Positions 29,964-40,883 are shown, numbered from the stretch's first letter. The stretch is 64,000 nt of DNA from Bdellovibrionota bacterium (GCA_963668355.1 OY764265.1:2336001-2400000), one strand, 5' to 3'. Made by a program: numbers and translations. Notes: a model not told the origin generated them from the letters alone.

Positions 29964-30671
29964 ATGTCCAGAGAAGATACCGAAAAACAAGGGGTTAAGA
30001 AGAGGTCGAGTCCGAAATCCATACGGCAATGGCCGGAATCCGAACGTCCAAGGGAGCGCTTACTGAAATGGGGTGCCGACCGCCTTTCCTCCGCGGAACT
30101 CATCGCTATTCTCCTGGGTTCGGGGGTGAAGGGAAGGTCTGCCGTAGAAGTCGCGCGGGATTGCCTCGATATTCCACTCCGGGAGATGTCGGCCGATCGG
30201 CTTTCGAGGATTTCGGGATTAGGGCCGGGAAAAATTGCCCGAATTATGGCCGGGCTGGAAATGGGCAGACGTCTTTTGGCCGAAGGCTCCGAAGAAGATC
30301 TTCGCCTCAGGTCGAGTGCTGAAGTGTACACATATGTTCGTCCTCAGTTCTTGGGAAGAAAGGAAGAGGTGTTTTCTGTTCTGTTGTTGGATACAAAGAA
30401 CCGGCCTCAAAGGATGATCGAAATTGCGCGAGGAAATGGAGAGTCAGTTCATTTTTTACTCGTCGATTTATTTCAAAAGGTGGTTCAAGAAAAGGCGTCC
30501 GCCCTCATCTGCGTTCACAATCACCCCAGTGGTGACCCCAAACCCAGTCCGGAAGATGAACATTTGACTCAAAAATTGAGAGAAGGGGCTCATATTCTTG
30601 GCCTTCGTTTTCTGGATCACATCATATTGGGACATTCATCATACTATTCCTTTGCAGATCATGGGGCCTAG
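29964..30671 (+). CDS. radC: RadC/UPF0758 JAB-domain protein
   Basis: RPRERL; LSSAELIAILL; HhH GLGPGK; HNHPSG; LDHII. Confidence 0.93.
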   Translation: MSREDTEKQGVKKRSSPKSIRQWPESERPRERLLKWGADRLSSAELIAILLGSGVKGRSAVEVARDCLDIPLREMSADRLSRISGLGPGKIARIMAGLEMGRRLLAEGSEEDLRLRSSAEVYTYVRPQFLGRKEEVFSVLLLDTKNRPQRMIEIARGNGESVHFLLVDLFQKVVQEKASALICVHNHPSGDPKPSPEDEHLTQKLREGAHILGLRFLDHIILGHSSYYSFADHGA

Positions 30672-30704
30672 TCCTTGCGGTTTAGAGGATCCCAGGGTAA
30701 ATAA

Positions 30705-31292
30705 ATGAAAATGACGCGATGGGTTGTTTTAGGTCTCTGTCTTTGTCTTATTGGAGGCCCCATTTCAGGGATGGAAGAAGGGGAGTCGCTGGATCTCGCT
30801 CTTTCGGAATTGATTGAGAATGAATGGGAACGAAATGACGGAGACCTCTGGAAAGCCGAAAAGTGGTGGGCGCCATCCAAAATTCCATTGGACACGCTTA
30901 CCCGAGTTAAAATTGCGGCACCAAAGTCCATAGAATTTTCCGAAGTGAGTTTGGTGACGACCCCAGAAGGAGAGAATGAAATTTCTTTGCTGGAATCCAC
31001 CTGGGGGGAGACCTTTCATTTCGAAAGGATTCAATACTCAAAAGGCCAGAAACGTTGTGAAAATGGGACTCCCTATATTCGAGTTCCTTGGAATTGTGGC
31101 ATCGCAGAAATGGACCAATACACGTGTTTTTTATGGGTCTTTTTTGTCGATCGAGACGAAGTAGAAATGGAACTTTGTTTTAAGCCTGACCTCGAACCGG
31201 AGACTCAAGATCGACTCGAACGAGCCCAATGCTTGGAGTATGTTCCCATCCCCAAACGTCAAAGAGGTACGCGTCTCCTTCCATTTCGATAA
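30705..31292 (+). CDS. Hypothetical secreted protein
   Basis: N-terminal signal-peptide-like segment; several Cys; no family recognised. Confidence 0.55.
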   Translation: MKMTRWVVLGLCLCLIGGPISGMEEGESLDLALSELIENEWERNDGDLWKAEKWWAPSKIPLDTLTRVKIAAPKSIEFSEVSLVTTPEGENEISLLESTWGETFHFERIQYSKGQKRCENGTPYIRVPWNCGIAEMDQYTCFLWVFFVDRDEVEMELCFKPDLEPETQDRLERAQCLEYVPIPKRQRGTRLLPFR

Positions 31293-31314
31293 AAATTTCC
31301 TCGGACGAAGGGGA

Positions 31315-33456
31315 CTAAGATTTAACGCGTTCGACGGAGAGAATTCCTTTCATTTTCTCAATCGTTCTCATCAGAGTGTGTAATTGTTCAGAATCTGTAA
31401 TGAGAATGCTAAACATGTTGACGGCTTTTCGATCTTGCGTAGTCGTGATGGAAGCATGTGTGATATTTCCACCTTTTTGGGAAATGATTTTTGAGATTCC
31501 TGCCAGAATTCCGGGCGTGTCTACAGAAACGACTTTGATATTGATACTCCGAGTGGCTCTTCCGTCTTTGGCCCATTCAACATCGATCTTTCGTTCATTA
31601 TCGGTTTCGAGGATTTTATAACAGTCCGTTCGGTGGATGGTGATTCCTCGACCACGCGTAATGAATCCGAGAATTTTGTCTCCAGGGAGAGGATCACAAC
31701 ATTTTCCATAACGAACCATCACATCATCCATTCCACTCACACGAATGGGGGACTTTTTGGTGGGGATTACGCGATTGACGATGGTTTGGAGGACCCCAGG
31801 AGCTACTTTCCCTTTTCGTTCTTTTTCCGGAACCAAACGATCCACCAGATCATGTGGGCTGGCTTTGCCATAACCCAATGCCAAGAGGTAGTCCTCCGGT
31901 TCGCCGTATCCCAATTCGCTGACGGCCAGCTTGATTTTTCCCTCTTTCAACAGTTTGTCATACTTTAAGGAATGCTTTCGAAGTTCTTTTTCCAGAATTT
32001 CTAAGCCAATGGTGCGTCCGGTTTGTCGTTGTTCATTTTTGATGACGCTTCGGATTTTTGATTTGGCTTTTGATGTCACGACGATCTTCAGCCAATCCTT
32101 GGAAGGTCGTGCTTGGTCAGAGGTGACGACCTCCACCGTATCCCCATTTTTCATTTTGTATTTTAAGGGGACAATTTTTCCGTTCACGCGAGCGCCTTGA
32201 CAGTGATGCCCAACGTCTGAGTGAATGCGATAGGCAAAATCAATGGGCGTAGAACCTCGAGGAAAATCCAACACTTCACCGTTGGGTGTAAACACGTACA
32301 CTTCATTGGCAAACAGATCCATTTTGACGGTCTCGATGAATTCGTGACTGTCTTTTAAATCCTGTTGCCAGTCGAGCATGGATCGAAGCCAACTGAAGCT
32401 TTCGACATCTGCTTTGCTTCCTTTTTCCTCTTTGTATAACCAATGAGCTGCAAAACCTTCTTCAGCGGTTTGGTGCATCTGTTTGGTTCGTATTTGAATT
32501 TCGATTCGGCGACCTTCCGGTCCAATCACAGTGGTGTGTAGGCTTTGGTACATGTTCGCTTTTGGCAACGCGACATAGTCTTTAAATCTTCCAGGAACGG
32601 GCTTCCATTGCGTGTGAATATGTCCGAGAGCCTCATAACATTCGGGAAGGGAGTCGACGATGATTCGAAAGGCCAAAATGTCTGCCACTTCATCAAAATC
32701 CAAATTTTGGGCATTCATTTTTCGATAAATGGAATAAGGACTTTTGGGACGACCAGTAACTTCCCCTTTGATGTTTTCTTCCTTCATTTTGTTTCCAATG
32801 TCAGAAATGACTTTGGAAATGTAGTTGTCCCGTTCCGGTGCGGTGTCTCGAAGGTTCTGAACGATTTTGACATAAGGATCTGGTTTTAAGTAACGGAAGG
32901 CGAGGTCTTCCAGTTCGGTTCTCATCCAAGCGATTCCTAAACGATTGGCTAACGGAGCATAGATATCGAGTGTTTCTTGAGCAATGGCGATTTGTCTGGG
33001 CTCGGTCATATAGTCCAGCGTGCGCATATTGTGAAGTCGATCAGCCAGTTTGATGATGATCACCCGAATGTCCGTAGACATTGCGAGAAGCATTTTTCGA
33101 AAACTTTCAGCTTGTCTTACATCTTTAGATTTGAATGAAACTTTTGATAGTTTTGTGACGGCATCCACCAGGTGTGCAACATTGGGTCCGAATTTGGTTT
33201 CGACATCTTCAACCGAAACCAATGTGTCTTCGACCACGTCATGCAAAAGTCCTGTGGCAATGGTTTCTGAATCCCATTTGTGAGCGGCTAAAATATAAGC
33301 CACCTCTACGGGATGGTAAAAATAAGGTTCCCCAGATTTTCTTTTCTGGCCAGCATGAGCTTTCTCAGAATATTCGTAGGCCTTTCGAATTAACTGTAAC
33401 TCCTCTTTGGAGTTTTGTTTTGAGGCAGCCTCTAAAATGGAATCCAGGTTAATCAT
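31315..33456 (-). CDS. rel: Bifunctional (p)ppGpp synthetase/hydrolase (long RSH)
   Basis: LLHDVVED; KLADRLHN; YQSLHT; EIQIRT; TGS (FTPNG...DFAY); ACT domain. Start placed at ATG 33456. Confidence 0.95.
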   Translation of the reverse strand: MINLDSILEAASKQNSKEELQLIRKAYEYSEKAHAGQKRKSGEPYFYHPVEVAYILAAHKWDSETIATGLLHDVVEDTLVSVEDVETKFGPNVAHLVDAVTKLSKVSFKSKDVRQAESFRKMLLAMSTDIRVIIIKLADRLHNMRTLDYMTEPRQIAIAQETLDIYAPLANRLGIAWMRTELEDLAFRYLKPDPYVKIVQNLRDTAPERDNYISKVISDIGNKMKEENIKGEVTGRPKSPYSIYRKMNAQNLDFDEVADILAFRIIVDSLPECYEALGHIHTQWKPVPGRFKDYVALPKANMYQSLHTTVIGPEGRRIEIQIRTKQMHQTAEEGFAAHWLYKEEKGSKADVESFSWLRSMLDWQQDLKDSHEFIETVKMDLFANEVYVFTPNGEVLDFPRGSTPIDFAYRIHSDVGHHCQGARVNGKIVPLKYKMKNGDTVEVVTSDQARPSKDWLKIVVTSKAKSKIRSVIKNEQRQTGRTIGLEILEKELRKHSLKYDKLLKEGKIKLAVSELGYGEPEDYLLALGYGKASPHDLVDRLVPEKERKGKVAPGVLQTIVNRVIPTKKSPIRVSGMDDVMVRYGKCCDPLPGDKILGFITRGRGITIHRTDCYKILETDNERKIDVEWAKDGRATRSINIKVVSVDTPGILAGISKIISQKGGNITHASITTTQDRKAVNMFSILITDSEQLHTLMRTIEKMKGILSVERVKS

Positions 33457-33562
33457 TCTAGGACCGGGAATTGTAGCAGGGTTGCGCGGAATTTTCATGG
33501 TTAAGAAAAAGAATATTTTTCGGTAGAAAGATGTTTTCGACCATGCGAAGCTTCCCAGCACT

Positions 33563-34906
33563 ATGAGTCGCGAAGCCGTTTCGAGCAAAACTAGGCCCAT
33601 TACCTCTCGGGAGGACCTTTTCGACGTTTTTGAAAACGGAGGAAGGCCTCGAACCCAGTTTTCAATTGGGTTGGAAAGCGAGCTGTTAGGCGTGGATTCC
33701 CAAACGGGAGAGTCCTTGCCTTTTGACGGGCCACGGGGGGTGGAAAAGACCCTGCGGGATCTTCATGAAACCTTCGGTGCAGAATGCGTCATGAATGGCG
33801 ACCGAGTGATTGGCTTGATTCACGATGAGACGGCTGTGACCTTGGAACCCGGAGGCCAGTTGGAGCTTAGTAGCCGACAACATCAAAGCGTCGAAGGTGT
33901 GAAAAATGAGCTTTATCAACACTTGGCTGAATTGAAGTTTGTCTCCAAACGTTTGGGAACTAGCTGGTTGGCCCTAGGGGTGCAGCCGGTTACACCGCGC
34001 TCCAAAATCGCTTGGGTTCCTAAGTTTCGTTATCGGATCATGCGCAATTATTATGAGAAACGGGCGGATTCTACGTTTGACATGATGTTGAAAACCGCAT
34101 CGGTGCAGACCAACTTTGATTTTGTGGATGAGGCCGATGCACGAAAGAAGATGCGTTTGGGTGGTTTGTTGGGACCGGTTTTGGGGGCTCTGTGTGCGAA
34201 TTCGGCGATTGAAGAAGGAAAACTCAATGGCTTTGTGTCTCGTCGAATGGCCATCTGGCAAGATACTGACCTGGATCGCACCGGGGTGCCCAGCTTCTTT
34301 GTGGATGGCACGTTTTCTTTCGAAAAGTATGTGGACTATGCCTTAGATGTTCCGATGTACTTTATTTTGAGAAACGGAGAATACCTCGATCGCACAGGGA
34401 CGACCTTTCGAGAATATATGAAAACGGCTCCCGATCGTGACCCGGCAACCATGAGTGATTGGATCAATCATCTCACGACCTTGTTTCCAGATGTGCGCCT
34501 GAAAGGCCATTTGGAATTTCGAACCAGTGATGCGGTTGCTCCAAAACTGGTTCTCGCTGTGGCCGCTTTTTGGAAAGCCCTTACATTTGATGCCGATGCC
34601 ACGGATGAAGCCTTGGAACGAACGAAAGCGTTTGGAATGAAAGAAATTCTTGCGGCCAATCGGAGTGTTTCCTACGAGGGCTTACAAGCTCAGATGGGAA
34701 AACAATCCATTTTAGAAATCGCTCGAAGCATTCTTGGCGTAGCAAAGGTGGGTTTGTCACGACTGGACCATCGAGATGGGACCTTTGACATTCAGTATCT
34801 CACTCCCTTTCTGGAAATTGCAGAGATCGGTCAGTCCCCAGGTGAAACGGCTCGAAAGAATTGGCACGGGGATATTCGACGCTTTATCCAATGTCATCAA
34901 ATTTAA
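33563..34906 (+). CDS. gshA: Glutamate--cysteine ligase (GCS2, plant/alphaproteobacterial-like)
   Basis: IGLESE; LEPGGQLELS; VPKFRY; YALDVPMYF; HLTTLFPDVRLK. Confidence 0.88.
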   Translation: MSREAVSSKTRPITSREDLFDVFENGGRPRTQFSIGLESELLGVDSQTGESLPFDGPRGVEKTLRDLHETFGAECVMNGDRVIGLIHDETAVTLEPGGQLELSSRQHQSVEGVKNELYQHLAELKFVSKRLGTSWLALGVQPVTPRSKIAWVPKFRYRIMRNYYEKRADSTFDMMLKTASVQTNFDFVDEADARKKMRLGGLLGPVLGALCANSAIEEGKLNGFVSRRMAIWQDTDLDRTGVPSFFVDGTFSFEKYVDYALDVPMYFILRNGEYLDRTGTTFREYMKTAPDRDPATMSDWINHLTTLFPDVRLKGHLEFRTSDAVAPKLVLAVAAFWKALTFDADATDEALERTKAFGMKEILAANRSVSYEGLQAQMGKQSILEIARSILGVAKVGLSRLDHRDGTFDIQYLTPFLEIAEIGQSPGETARKNWHGDIRRFIQCHQI

Positions 34907-35331
34907 GTAGGACCTACTGGCTTCCAGCCCTCCTTTGGATGGGGATCATCTTTTTGTTTTCCAGTGATTTGTTTGCCGCTTCCCATACGGGATCTGTTTT
35001 CGAACTCTTGGTTCGAAGCGTTTGGCCCTCCATAAATGAATCCACGTTAAAAACGCTCCATTTTGGATTTCGAAAATGTGCCCATATATTTTCTTATGGG
35101 CTGTTGGCTTTTTTTTATTCCGTTGGTTTGACGAAAAATTTTTCGTTTCGAAAGAAAGATCAATTCGGAATCATGGTGAAATCTTTCTTAGGGGCCGTTC
35201 TCTATGCCGGGCTGGATGAATGGCACCAGTCTTTTTCCGCGGTTCGAACGGGAACGATTCTTGATGTTGGTTGGGATGCTCTCGGAGCGTGCATTTTCCA
35301 ACTTTGGATGTTTTTTGCAGGCAAAAAATAG
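34891..35331 (+). CDS. VanZ family membrane protein
   Basis: WMGIIFLFSS; RKCAH; DEWHQSF...RTG. Confidence 0.88.
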   Translation: MSSNLSRTYWLPALLWMGIIFLFSSDLFAASHTGSVFELLVRSVWPSINESTLKTLHFGFRKCAHIFSYGLLAFFYSVGLTKNFSFRKKDQFGIMVKSFLGAVLYAGLDEWHQSFSAVRTGTILDVGWDALGACIFQLWMFFAGKK

Positions 35332-35431
35332 CCATCTAAGTTTGACCGCGACCTTTCAAAGGCCCCAAAAATTTGTGGGCGCCTAAGCCGCCAAGGCCTT
35401 AGAGGAAACACTCGGTGTCTGGTAATCGCTT

Positions 35432-36736
35432 TTAAAGACGAACGATTTTTGCGTTTTTCATGCCTTTCGTGGCATTGCGCGTATCCAAGATCAATCGAGA
35501 TTTTTCAACGATTCGATCATAATCATAGACTTTATGGTTTGTCGTGATGACCACCAAATCCTGCTCTGCAAGCATTTCGTCATTGAGTTCAACGGACTCG
35601 ACACACATTCCATTCTTTTTGAACGTCTTGGCATGAGGGTCGTTGTACGTGACTTTTGCTCCTCGCTCTTCCAAGAGCCGGAAGATGTCCAACGCGGGAG
35701 ATTCCCTCAAGTCAGAAATGTCCGGTTTGTAGGCCATGCCCAAAAGGAGAATCTTTGAACCCCGGACGCTTCGTTCCACATTGTTTAACGTGTCGGAAAC
35801 CAATGTGACGACGTGGTTGGGCATTCCTGTGTTGACCTCGGAAGCCAAGTCAATGAAGCGTGCATTGTAATTGAGTGTTCTTAGCTTCCAGGACAAGTAG
35901 AGTGGATCGATTGGAATGCAGTGTCCGCCTAGGCCTGGTCCCGGATAGAAAGGGGTGTATCCAAATGGTTTGGTTGCGGCGGCATCAATGACTTCCCACG
36001 TGTCGATGCCCAAAACTTGGCACATGATGGCCACTTCATTGACCAATCCAATATTCACCGCACGATACGTGTTTTCCAAGAGTTTAACCATTTCCGCGAC
36101 TTGGGTTGAACTTACGGGGACCACTTGTTCTACGATCTGGCTGTAGAGCATGGTTGCAATTTTTGTACATTCCTCGGTGGCTCCCCCGATGACTTTCGGT
36201 GTATTGCGAAGATAGTACTTGGGGTTTCCCGGATCGATGCGTTCGGGGGAGAAAGCCAAAAACAAATCTTTTCCGAGTTCCAGGTTGGCCTCTTTGGCCA
36301 TGGGTTCCAAAATTTCCTCAGTTGTTCCCGGATAGGTTGTGGACTCCAAGATGACAAGCATTTGGGGATGAATGTACTTCGTGATTTCCTTTCGAGCCGA
36401 AAGGACATAGGAAATATCTGGGTCTTTCGTTTTTCCCAGAGGCGTTGGAACACAAACGCTCACAGCATCGATGCTTTTTAGGATCGAAAAGTCTGTCGTT
36501 GCTTTAAACTTTCCACTTTCCCCGGTGACGGAGGCTAAAAGATCACTGGGAATATCCTCAACATAGCTTTCTCCTCGATTGAGTTGGTTTACTCGATCTT
36601 GGGAAATGTCAAAGCCGGTGACGGAAAAACCTTCCCGAGCTAATTCAACCGCCAAGGGGAGGCCTACATATCCCAGGCCAATGATTCCAATGTGAGCTGT
36701 TTTTGATTCGATTTTAGCTTTTAATTCTGCACTCAT
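35432..36736 (-). CDS. UDP-N-acetyl-hexosamine 6-dehydrogenase (WbpA/WecC family)
   Basis: GLGYVGLP; CVPTP; ESTTYPGTT; PGLGGHCIP; DLRESP. Confidence 0.92.
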   Translation of the reverse strand: MSAELKAKIESKTAHIGIIGLGYVGLPLAVELAREGFSVTGFDISQDRVNQLNRGESYVEDIPSDLLASVTGESGKFKATTDFSILKSIDAVSVCVPTPLGKTKDPDISYVLSARKEITKYIHPQMLVILESTTYPGTTEEILEPMAKEANLELGKDLFLAFSPERIDPGNPKYYLRNTPKVIGGATEECTKIATMLYSQIVEQVVPVSSTQVAEMVKLLENTYRAVNIGLVNEVAIMCQVLGIDTWEVIDAAATKPFGYTPFYPGPGLGGHCIPIDPLYLSWKLRTLNYNARFIDLASEVNTGMPNHVVTLVSDTLNNVERSVRGSKILLLGMAYKPDISDLRESPALDIFRLLEERGAKVTYNDPHAKTFKKNGMCVESVELNDEMLAEQDLVVITTNHKVYDYDRIVEKSRLILDTRNATKGMKNAKIVRL

Positions 36737-36865
36737 GGGGCGATTTGGTACGCCTCTTCTTTTGATTTTGCAATGAAAGTAGACAGATTTTTGGCAAAAA
36801 AATGGGGTTTCAGAGAGGTTTGCTTCAGAGGCAATACGCGCTACGATGCGCTACCTGGAACCACA

Positions 36866-37681
36866 ATGAAGCTTTCATTCACAAAAATGCATGGGTTGGG
36901 AAATGATTTTGTCCTCCTGGATGGGCGGGATCAACCGGACTCCCCTTGGGGAAAATGGGCCGTCCAATTGCTGGACCGTAGATTCGGTGTGGGGGCCGAC
37001 CAACTTTTGGTTATTTTGCCGTCCAAACGAGCTGACGTGTTTATGGGAACCTTCGAAAGGGATGGACGATCCTCAGAAATGTGTGGAAATGGTGCCAGAT
37101 GCGTTGCCCGTTTTCTCTTCGAGCATTCGGATTCCAAGAAAGAATGGAAGGTTGAAACTCCGGGGGGCATCAAAGTCATTCGGGTTCACGACGTGGACGA
37201 GATTGAAGTGGATATGGGGCCTCCCGCGTTTGAGCATTCGCGGCAATTTCCTCAGATCGAAACGTGGCCTTTTCGTACCTTGATTCAAGGAGAAGAGCTG
37301 GAATTGTTTCCTGTTTCGATGGGCAATCCCCATGCGGTTTTATTTGTCGAAAATGACACCGACCTCGAAAAAATCCAAATCCTCGGGCCCAAATTGGAAA
37401 GCGATCCGACCTTTCCTGAAGGGGTCAACTGCGAACTGGTTTATGTTCAGGATTTGCATCATGTGAAAGTCAGGGTGTGGGAGAGAGGGGCGGGAGAGAC
37501 ATTGGCTTGTGGAACGGGAGCTTGCGCAGTTGCTGCGGCTGCCATACAACACGGAATCGCTCAGAGTCCTGTAACGGTTGTTTTCAAAGGGGGGGCACTT
37601 CGTTTGGAGTGGAAACCTGGATCTTCGATGAAAATGACGGGACCCGCCACGGAAGTTTTTCAAGGAGAAATTGACGTATGA
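36866..37681 (+). CDS. dapF: Diaminopimelate epimerase
   Basis: KMHGLGNDF; EMCGNG; GNPH; ERGAGETLACGTG. Confidence 0.96.
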   Translation: MKLSFTKMHGLGNDFVLLDGRDQPDSPWGKWAVQLLDRRFGVGADQLLVILPSKRADVFMGTFERDGRSSEMCGNGARCVARFLFEHSDSKKEWKVETPGGIKVIRVHDVDEIEVDMGPPAFEHSRQFPQIETWPFRTLIQGEELELFPVSMGNPHAVLFVENDTDLEKIQILGPKLESDPTFPEGVNCELVYVQDLHHVKVRVWERGAGETLACGTGACAVAAAAIQHGIAQSPVTVVFKGGALRLEWKPGSSMKMTGPATEVFQGEIDV

Positions 37682-38559
37682 AATCATCATGGAAAGGCAT
37701 TTTTGTCGCTACGGTCACGCCCTTTAAAAATGGAGAGGTGGATGTGGATGCTTTCGTTAGGCATCTGGATCGTCTTTTGGAAGCCAACGTTCATGGAATT
37801 TGTCCGGCAGGGACTACGGGGGAAGGAAGTACTTTAAGTGATCGTGAGTTTGCTTTGGTCGTGGAAACGGCCTTGCGAAGGACAGAAGGAAAGATCCCCG
37901 TGGTTGTTGGGACCGGAGCGAATGATACCGTTCGAACGGTGGATCGAACTCGGTTGGCCAAGACACTTGGAGCCGATGGCGCTTTGGTGGTGACTCCATA
38001 CTACGTAAAGCCCACACAAGAAGGACTGATTCGGCATTATGAGACCTTGGTCAAGGAAGTTGATTTGCCGATGATGATGTACAACGTTCCGGGGAGGACG
38101 GCGGTGAATATGCTGCCAGAGACCGTAGAGAAACTGAGTCGACACCAAAATATTGTGGCTCTCAAGGAATGTGCTTCGCTGAATCAAGTGGGAGAGGTTC
38201 TTCGGAACGTAGAGGGCCGTTTGTCTGTCTTCTCCGGGGAAGATGGTGTGATGTTTCCCTTCCTTGCGATGGGAGGAACCGGCGTGGTGTCGGTTCTGGC
38301 CAATGTGACCCCCGAACTTTGCGTTGCGTTGTATCGAGACGTCATGGAAAAGAACTTGGGTCAGGCGAAGGAAACATATGAACGACTGCTCGGTTTAACG
38401 AGTTGGCTTTTTTGCCAATCGAATCCCATTCCCGTAAAAGCGGCACTGGCTCATTTGGGAATCATGGAAAATGAGGTTCGATCCCCCTTATCTGAATTGG
38501 ATCCGTGTTTTATGGAAGAGGGGATTCGGAAGATGAAAGAGATTGGAGTGACATCATGA
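37678..38559 (+). CDS. dapA: 4-hydroxy-tetrahydrodipicolinate synthase
   Basis: GTTGE; PYYVKP; YNVPGRT; ALKE; NPIPVK. Confidence 0.96.
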   Translation: MKSSWKGIFVATVTPFKNGEVDVDAFVRHLDRLLEANVHGICPAGTTGEGSTLSDREFALVVETALRRTEGKIPVVVGTGANDTVRTVDRTRLAKTLGADGALVVTPYYVKPTQEGLIRHYETLVKEVDLPMMMYNVPGRTAVNMLPETVEKLSRHQNIVALKECASLNQVGEVLRNVEGRLSVFSGEDGVMFPFLAMGGTGVVSVLANVTPELCVALYRDVMEKNLGQAKETYERLLGLTSWLFCQSNPIPVKAALAHLGIMENEVRSPLSELDPCFMEEGIRKMKEIGVTS

Positions 38560-39368
38560 CAAAAGTTCGATTGGTTGTTCTTGGAGCCATGGGAAGAATG
38601 GGGCGCGCCATTTTGGATGCGATTGCCAATGATTCTTCCTTTCATTTGAAAGGGGCTGTGGTTCGAGAGAGCGCGAACAAATCTTCTAAAACCTCCAAGG
38701 GAGAAGGCCTGAAGAAACTCGGAAATGTCGCGCTTGAAACTTCGGTTGAGAGAGTGGCGACAAAACGAGATGTGGTTGTGGATGTGACTCAGCCGACTTC
38801 CGTGATTCGAAATGTTAACTGGGCAGCAAAAGCTGGAACGCCTTATGTTTTGGCGGTTACGGGTTTAAGTGAAAAAGCGGAAGCCGCAGTGGCCAAAGCG
38901 GCCAAAAAAATTCCCATCGTGGTTGCTCCAAATTTGAGTATGGGGGTAGCCGTTCTAAGTGAAGTGGCTTGGATTGCGGCGGCCTTGTTGCCCGATTGTG
39001 AAATAGAAATTGTTGAATCTCATCACCGAGACAAAAAAGATGCCCCTAGTGGAACAGCTCTTTCTTTGGCCCAGCTCATGATGGATGTGTCGAATCGAAA
39101 AGGCACCATCCAACTCGGACGTCCAGCCAAAGGAAAAACCAAGTCAGATTCTGTGACCATTCACTCATTACGTGGAGGAGATGTCGTAGGGGAACATCGC
39201 ATTTATCTGACGATGAATGGAGAACGCATTGAACTCTCTCATGTAGCCAATTCAAGGGCCATTTTTGCTCGAGGCGCATTGAAGGCCGCTCGCTTTGTTT
39301 ATGGTCAGAAACCCGGAATCTATACGATGCACGACGTGATGGGACTGGGAGAAGAGAAGAGCGCATGA
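38556..39368 (+). CDS. dapB: 4-hydroxy-tetrahydrodipicolinate reductase
   Basis: GAMGRMG; ESHHRDKKDAPSGTA; FARGA. Confidence 0.95.
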   Translation: MTKVRLVVLGAMGRMGRAILDAIANDSSFHLKGAVVRESANKSSKTSKGEGLKKLGNVALETSVERVATKRDVVVDVTQPTSVIRNVNWAAKAGTPYVLAVTGLSEKAEAAVAKAAKKIPIVVAPNLSMGVAVLSEVAWIAAALLPDCEIEIVESHHRDKKDAPSGTALSLAQLMMDVSNRKGTIQLGRPAKGKTKSDSVTIHSLRGGDVVGEHRIYLTMNGERIELSHVANSRAIFARGALKAARFVYGQKPGIYTMHDVMGLGEEKSA

Positions 39369-40531
39369 AAAATTGGCTTTGGTCTGAACGAATTTCGAGT
39401 CTCCCTCCGTATCTCTTTGCTGAGATTGATCGCATCCGGGGGGCATTGGAACAAGAAGGGGTGGATGTCATTGATTTGTCCATTGGGGATCCCGACCTTC
39501 CGACGCCCTCTCTCATTGTGGATCAGATGCGCAAAGAGATTGAGGATCCAAGGCATCATCAATATCCCTCCTATGTGGGGAGTTTGCGTTTTCGTCGAGC
39601 CGTAGCGCTTTGGATTCAAGATCGCTTTGGTGTCAAATTGGATGCGGAAACGGAAGTCATCGCTTTAATTGGCTCAAAAGAGGGGATCGCGCATGCGCCC
39701 TTGGCTTTTTTAAATCCCGGAGAAGTAGGACTTGTGCCCAATCCAGGATACCCCGTTTATGGAACCTCCGTTTCTTTTGCTGGAGGAAAAGCGGTGGAGG
39801 TGAAGCTGGATGCTTCCAAAGGTTATCTTCCGGATTTCTCTTCTCTTTCTTCCAATGACAAGGAGAAAGCGAAGCTTCTTTTTCTCAATTATCCTAATAA
39901 TCCAACCGGCGCGACGTTGGACGGAAGTGATTTTGATAAAATTCTTGAATGGGCGGAAACCCATCAAGTTTTGGTTTGTCATGATGCGGCCTATACGGAA
40001 GTCACGTTTGGTGGTTATGAGCCAAAGAGCATTCTTCAATCTCCCAAGGGAATGGCCAATGCCATCGAATTTCATAGCCTAAGCAAGACGTTTAATATGA
40101 CCGGGTGGAGAATCGGCTTTGCGGTTGGAAATCGAGATGCCATTGCAGGGTTGGGAAAGATTAAAACCAATGTCGATTCGGGAGTGTTTGGAGCCATTCA
40201 AGAAGCGGGAATCACGGCGCTTGAAAATTGGAAACAACTTCGCGATCAAAACAACCGCATTTATGAACATCGAAGAGATATGCTCTGCGAAGGCTTGAAA
40301 CAATTGGGGATTGAGTTCTTCGTGCCGAGAGCTTCCTTCTATGTTTGGTGCCGAGTGCCCACGGAAGAGACATCCGCCCAGTTTTGCTCCAGGGTATTGA
40401 AGGAAGCTGGAATTGCTCTGACGCCGGGAAACGGATTTGGAGATCATGGGGAGGGCTATTTCCGAATTTCGTTAACGGCATCTGAAGTTCGAATTCAAGA
40501 GGCGCTGTCCCGTTTACAAGGAAGGATCTAA
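39365..40531 (+). CDS. dapL: LL-diaminopimelate aminotransferase
   Basis: LPPYLF; LIGSKEG; NYPNNPTG; EFHSLSKT; located in the dap operon. Confidence 0.88.
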   Translation: MKNWLWSERISSLPPYLFAEIDRIRGALEQEGVDVIDLSIGDPDLPTPSLIVDQMRKEIEDPRHHQYPSYVGSLRFRRAVALWIQDRFGVKLDAETEVIALIGSKEGIAHAPLAFLNPGEVGLVPNPGYPVYGTSVSFAGGKAVEVKLDASKGYLPDFSSLSSNDKEKAKLLFLNYPNNPTGATLDGSDFDKILEWAETHQVLVCHDAAYTEVTFGGYEPKSILQSPKGMANAIEFHSLSKTFNMTGWRIGFAVGNRDAIAGLGKIKTNVDSGVFGAIQEAGITALENWKQLRDQNNRIYEHRRDMLCEGLKQLGIEFFVPRASFYVWCRVPTEETSAQFCSRVLKEAGIALTPGNGFGDHGEGYFRISLTASEVRIQEALSRLQGRI

Positions 40532-40783
40532 GTGGGATTGGCTCGACTTTTTCTTTGGGGGCTTTTGTTTTACGGCCTTTGGAAAATGGCCAAACACTTT
40601 TTTACGTTGCGAGAACGTCTGAGATCTACGGCTTCGCAAACCGAACCTGGAGTGGATGACGTATTGGTGAAAGATCCCGTTTGTGGTGCCATGGTGCCAA
40701 AAGGACAGGCGGTGATTCACCGAAGTTGGGGCAAGACGACCTATTTTTGTTCTGAGGCCTGCCGAGACAAAAAATTTGGTTGA
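40532..40783 (+). CDS. Small membrane-anchored YHS/TRASH domain protein
   Basis: N-terminal TM; KDPVCG; YFCSEACR. Confidence 0.82.
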   Translation: MGLARLFLWGLLFYGLWKMAKHFFTLRERLRSTASQTEPGVDDVLVKDPVCGAMVPKGQAVIHRSWGKTTYFCSEACRDKKFG

Positions 40784-40883
40784 TTTTGAAGGGCTTGGGC
40801 GAGTCCACAATCTTCACAAAACAGATTTTTCTCAAATATCACAGTAACTTGACAGAGTTGGGTGCCTTCGATACCTCATAAAT

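Noticed and set aside
29964..30671. radC as a marker of a mobile element
   Set aside because: Full-length chromosomal form with an HhH region, among housekeeping genes; no integrase, repeats or cargo.
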